From: Macrostomum lignano
Lineage: Eukaryota
Assembly (NCBI GenBank): GCA_002269645.1
Contig: NIVC01001892.1
Span: forward strand, 160,570 to 224,569
Length of the DNA: 64,000 nucleotides
Reading direction: 5' to 3'
Both the position numbers and the translations under genes were made by a program. This document shows, one piece after another, positions 61,179 through 64,000 of this stretch. Every line of letters starts with the position of its first letter. Positions within the stretch are counted from its first letter, which is position 1. The notes under the pieces were generated by a model, which saw only the letters and a program-made list of their open reading frames with translations, was not told where the DNA came from and made no database searches.

Positions 61179-62513
61179 TGCTGAAATTCGTGAGGATCAT
61201 TCTGAATTGTATATTACATCATATGCTAAGCTCAAAAGGTGTTTATCTATATCAGTGTCTTTTTAGAGCAGGTGCTTAGCCATCTGCTCAGCCACCTGCA
61301 AGGCAACCTGCTCAGGCATTGCAGCTCAGGCAGTGGCTGGCTTGGAGCATCAGCTGATTTGATTAAAGTTGATTAAAATCTAGCAGATTTATAGTCTATA
61401 ATTTGTTATCCATAGCCATATTGCATTGAGTTGTGTTTATAAGTATATAATAAGCAGCTTAAATTATTATTTGGTGTAATTGGGATGCTTTGGAATATGT
61501 TTTCTAAATTTTCCACTTCATCTTGTATTCTTGATTGTTGTATTTTCTTACAAGTCTTTTCTGGGTCCTTATGTCTATGAAAAAGGGTAGGCCTACCTGC
61601 ATATAGTGGCTCTTTGATTTTAATTTATAAATTTTAGATGTATACATTTTTTGTTTTAATAGTTGCAGTTTAATGAGCCACAACACAAATGCCCACAAAG
61701 TTTTTATCAGTTTTATTTTATTTGGAATATTCCAATAAATTATAATATATAAATATATATTATTTATCCTAACAAAAAGAATTCTATATGAATATTATAT
61801 TTACATATTTATAGTCACAGAATCATGCACTGAAAAAGTTCTTCTTAGGCTTGATAACAATATAGAAACATATAGAAACTAATAGATAAAAGTCTTAAAT
61901 AACATTTATCATTTTTGATATTCTGTTTTTTAATTTGACTAAGAACATCTAAAGAAATCATACTTTTTTATTAGAATATTTAAACTTATTTAAAGGCAAC
62001 AAAGGTACAAAAGAATAGGCAGCCTTATGGTCATAACATTATGGTTTTAACTTTTTTCTGTCAATTCACTAACTTTGAATTACCAATAGATTAAAAATTT
62101 AATAGATTATATGGCCATTAATGTTTATATCTAATTATGCAAATACTATAATTTTATCTATAGTTTGTTTCAATCTTCCAAAGCTTTTTATTTGTTTTCA
62201 AAAGGTACACAAAGTTAATGATGTCTTTTGCTTAAAAAAATGTCAATTTTTTATAAAAATAGCTTTTTGCCAACTGATATTATACTAATCCAACATTTTA
62301 CCATTCATTTTTGGCATTTGTTATTTGTCCAATGACTGGACAAATAGCCTTTTTGCTATTTGTCTGCTTAAATTGCTAACACAAGTATCTGTTTGTTTTA
62401 TGATGAATATTCTAAATTTTTAAGACCTTTTCTTGTATATTAATTAATATTTTCTTATATACTGTTAGCAAAGCAATGTATTCAATTTGGCATAATTTTG
62501 TATATAAGACACA

Positions 62514-62665
62514 CTAGTTCCCAGTGAGCTCCGCGAAACCCACAAACCCAAGGACACGCGCGAAGCGCGTGTCCTTGGGTTTGTGGGGTGAGCGGAGCGA
62601 ACGCGCGAGGCACAAAGTGCCGAGCATGAGGAACAAACAGCCAGCCAATGCGCGAAGCGCATTGG
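62514..62665. mobile_element. Helitron/Helentron-like terminus with GCGAAGC-loop hairpins
   Basis: CTAG at 62514-62517, a perfect 23-bp stem with GAA loop (62539-62587), a 5-bp hairpin (62609-62621) and a 9-bp stem with GAA loop (62645-62665). The class assignment is inferred. Confidence 0.45.
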
Positions 62666-64000
62666 GTGGTCTGGCTTGTGACGAATATAATAATATGAGA
62701 CGTGTGCATCGAAAAAATGACAAGAAAAATCTCACAAAAACTGCTGTAACTTCAAAACTACAAGTGCGAATTTCACAAGTGAGGTGTCATTTTAAAGAGA
62801 AGAATCTGATCTATTTAACGAGTATAGTTTTGTATGGATTCACTGCGGAGAAAAGGAACAGGCTTCAGTTGAAATGTTTGTCTTAAGATTATGTCTTTAC
62901 AAAAGTGCATTTCCTCATGCACATTAAAACTCGAGCTAAAAATGTTCGAGGGTTATAGGTGCGCCTTACTAAGATGCATAACATTATTGGGTTGTTTTTT
63001 TCAATTGTATCAAAAAGTTGGCACTTTGGTTGCAAAAAATGCAAAAATTGAAAATGTACTTTTACAGTTTTTTGCATTTTTTTCTATACTGCTAATAGTT
63101 AAGCATACATACTATGCACCAATTGATGCGCAATTCAAAGATACACAAGTGTGGAAGTTTTCAATTCCTAAACATTTGAAATCAGAAAGTTATCGACGAA
63201 AGACTAAAAATCATGATCTCAAACTGATTTGAGGAAAAGTGCTCATTATAATTTTTGGAATATGGAAGAAACAATTCAACGCCGTCATCTAATTCCAAAC
63301 TAACTGTACTTTAAGGTACTGCGATGATTTTTTTATTGAAAGAGCGAAACCTGTTTAAATATTTGAAAAAATGGAAAAAAAGTACCTTTTTTCATAGAAA
63401 TACACTCTTTTGACTGCTTAATCCGATTTCCAACAACAAAATAGTTGCTTTCCTGCTGGTGCAAACCGTTATTAGGGTGAATTTTCAAAATTGCATACTG
63501 TGCCAAAAGTAAACTGAAGCTTAATATTTATAAACATTAGAAACGGGACCACTAATGGGTATTTTACTTTGGTTACTTACTATGGACTAAACTGGCACTG
63601 GCAGAGACAGATTTGAGAGAAACTAATTGCTCCATTGTATTTGTATTTGGCTCCAGCGTTACAAATTACAATAGCTATTTCGGGGTCTAACCGGCTAAGT
63701 TATCAAAAAAGCTAGATACCAATCACCAGTTTCATCATCAGCTATACCTACCACATTTTATAGTCACATGCAACAGTAATACCTCCTTTAAAAGTTTTCA
63801 ATATCTAAAATGATGTGTTAAATTTTATAAAATTTCATAAACAGTGAAATTTTAGCTGTTTACGTGCTGGTGGTTTGAACGTAGCTACTTTGTGCGAAAA
63901 TACACTGTCATTAATACCGTACCTATTATTGTATTTATTGTATTGAAAGTTGATGTGTAAATTGTACTTTTCTATTTTTTTGTCATTCGTTATCGCACTC

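Larger units (their letters stand above)
53830..61380 (-). mobile_element. Composite KDZ (Kyakuja-type) DNA transposon region carrying ZnF and ZnF-SET cargo genes; ends approximate
   Basis: Intact KDZ transposase plus two cargo genes on the same strand. The host intronic GGGTCAAATGAGGACA repeats stop abruptly near 53828. No TIR pair or TSD found; the right end may lie beyond 61380 or outside the window. Confidence 0.55.

Overview
Eukaryotic (metazoan) genomic DNA with GC-rich exons and introns packed with unrelated minisatellites. The style resembles a flatworm such as Macrostomum, but that is inference only. All exon models were spliced by hand from GT/AG sites and phase matching. Host genes: cytoplasmic dynein intermediate chain (735-7677, -), a CDR2-like CC1-box dynein adaptor (10997-13664, -), FAM78 (16221-17484, -), a stand-alone MDR/ADH-type Rossmann protein (22734-24236, +), an atypical Rab-like GTPase (27534-29068, -), a tentative HMG-like multi-exon gene (35264-45656, -) and the 3' exons of a DLK/LZK MAP3K (52105-53598, -). 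Best candidate for an undescribed system: upstream of the DLK leucine-zipper exon, apparently in its intron, lies an intact KDZ (Kyakuja-type) transposase gene (58388-61178). It is followed on the same strand by a C2H2 zinc-finger ORF and a C2H2-ZnF/PR-Set7(SETD8)-type H4K20 methyltransferase fusion gene. This cargo is bracketed by two apparently identical 292-bp direct repeats (53953-54244, 57933-58224). Each repeat folds on the coding strand into an HDV-like double-pseudoknot ribozyme candidate followed by a pyrimidine tract and AG. Also present: a non-autonomous hAT-like element and a MITE, both with exact 8-bp TSDs, a Helitron/Helentron-like hairpin terminus, and many tandem arrays. No database searches or folding computations could be run; homology calls come from recalled family motifs.
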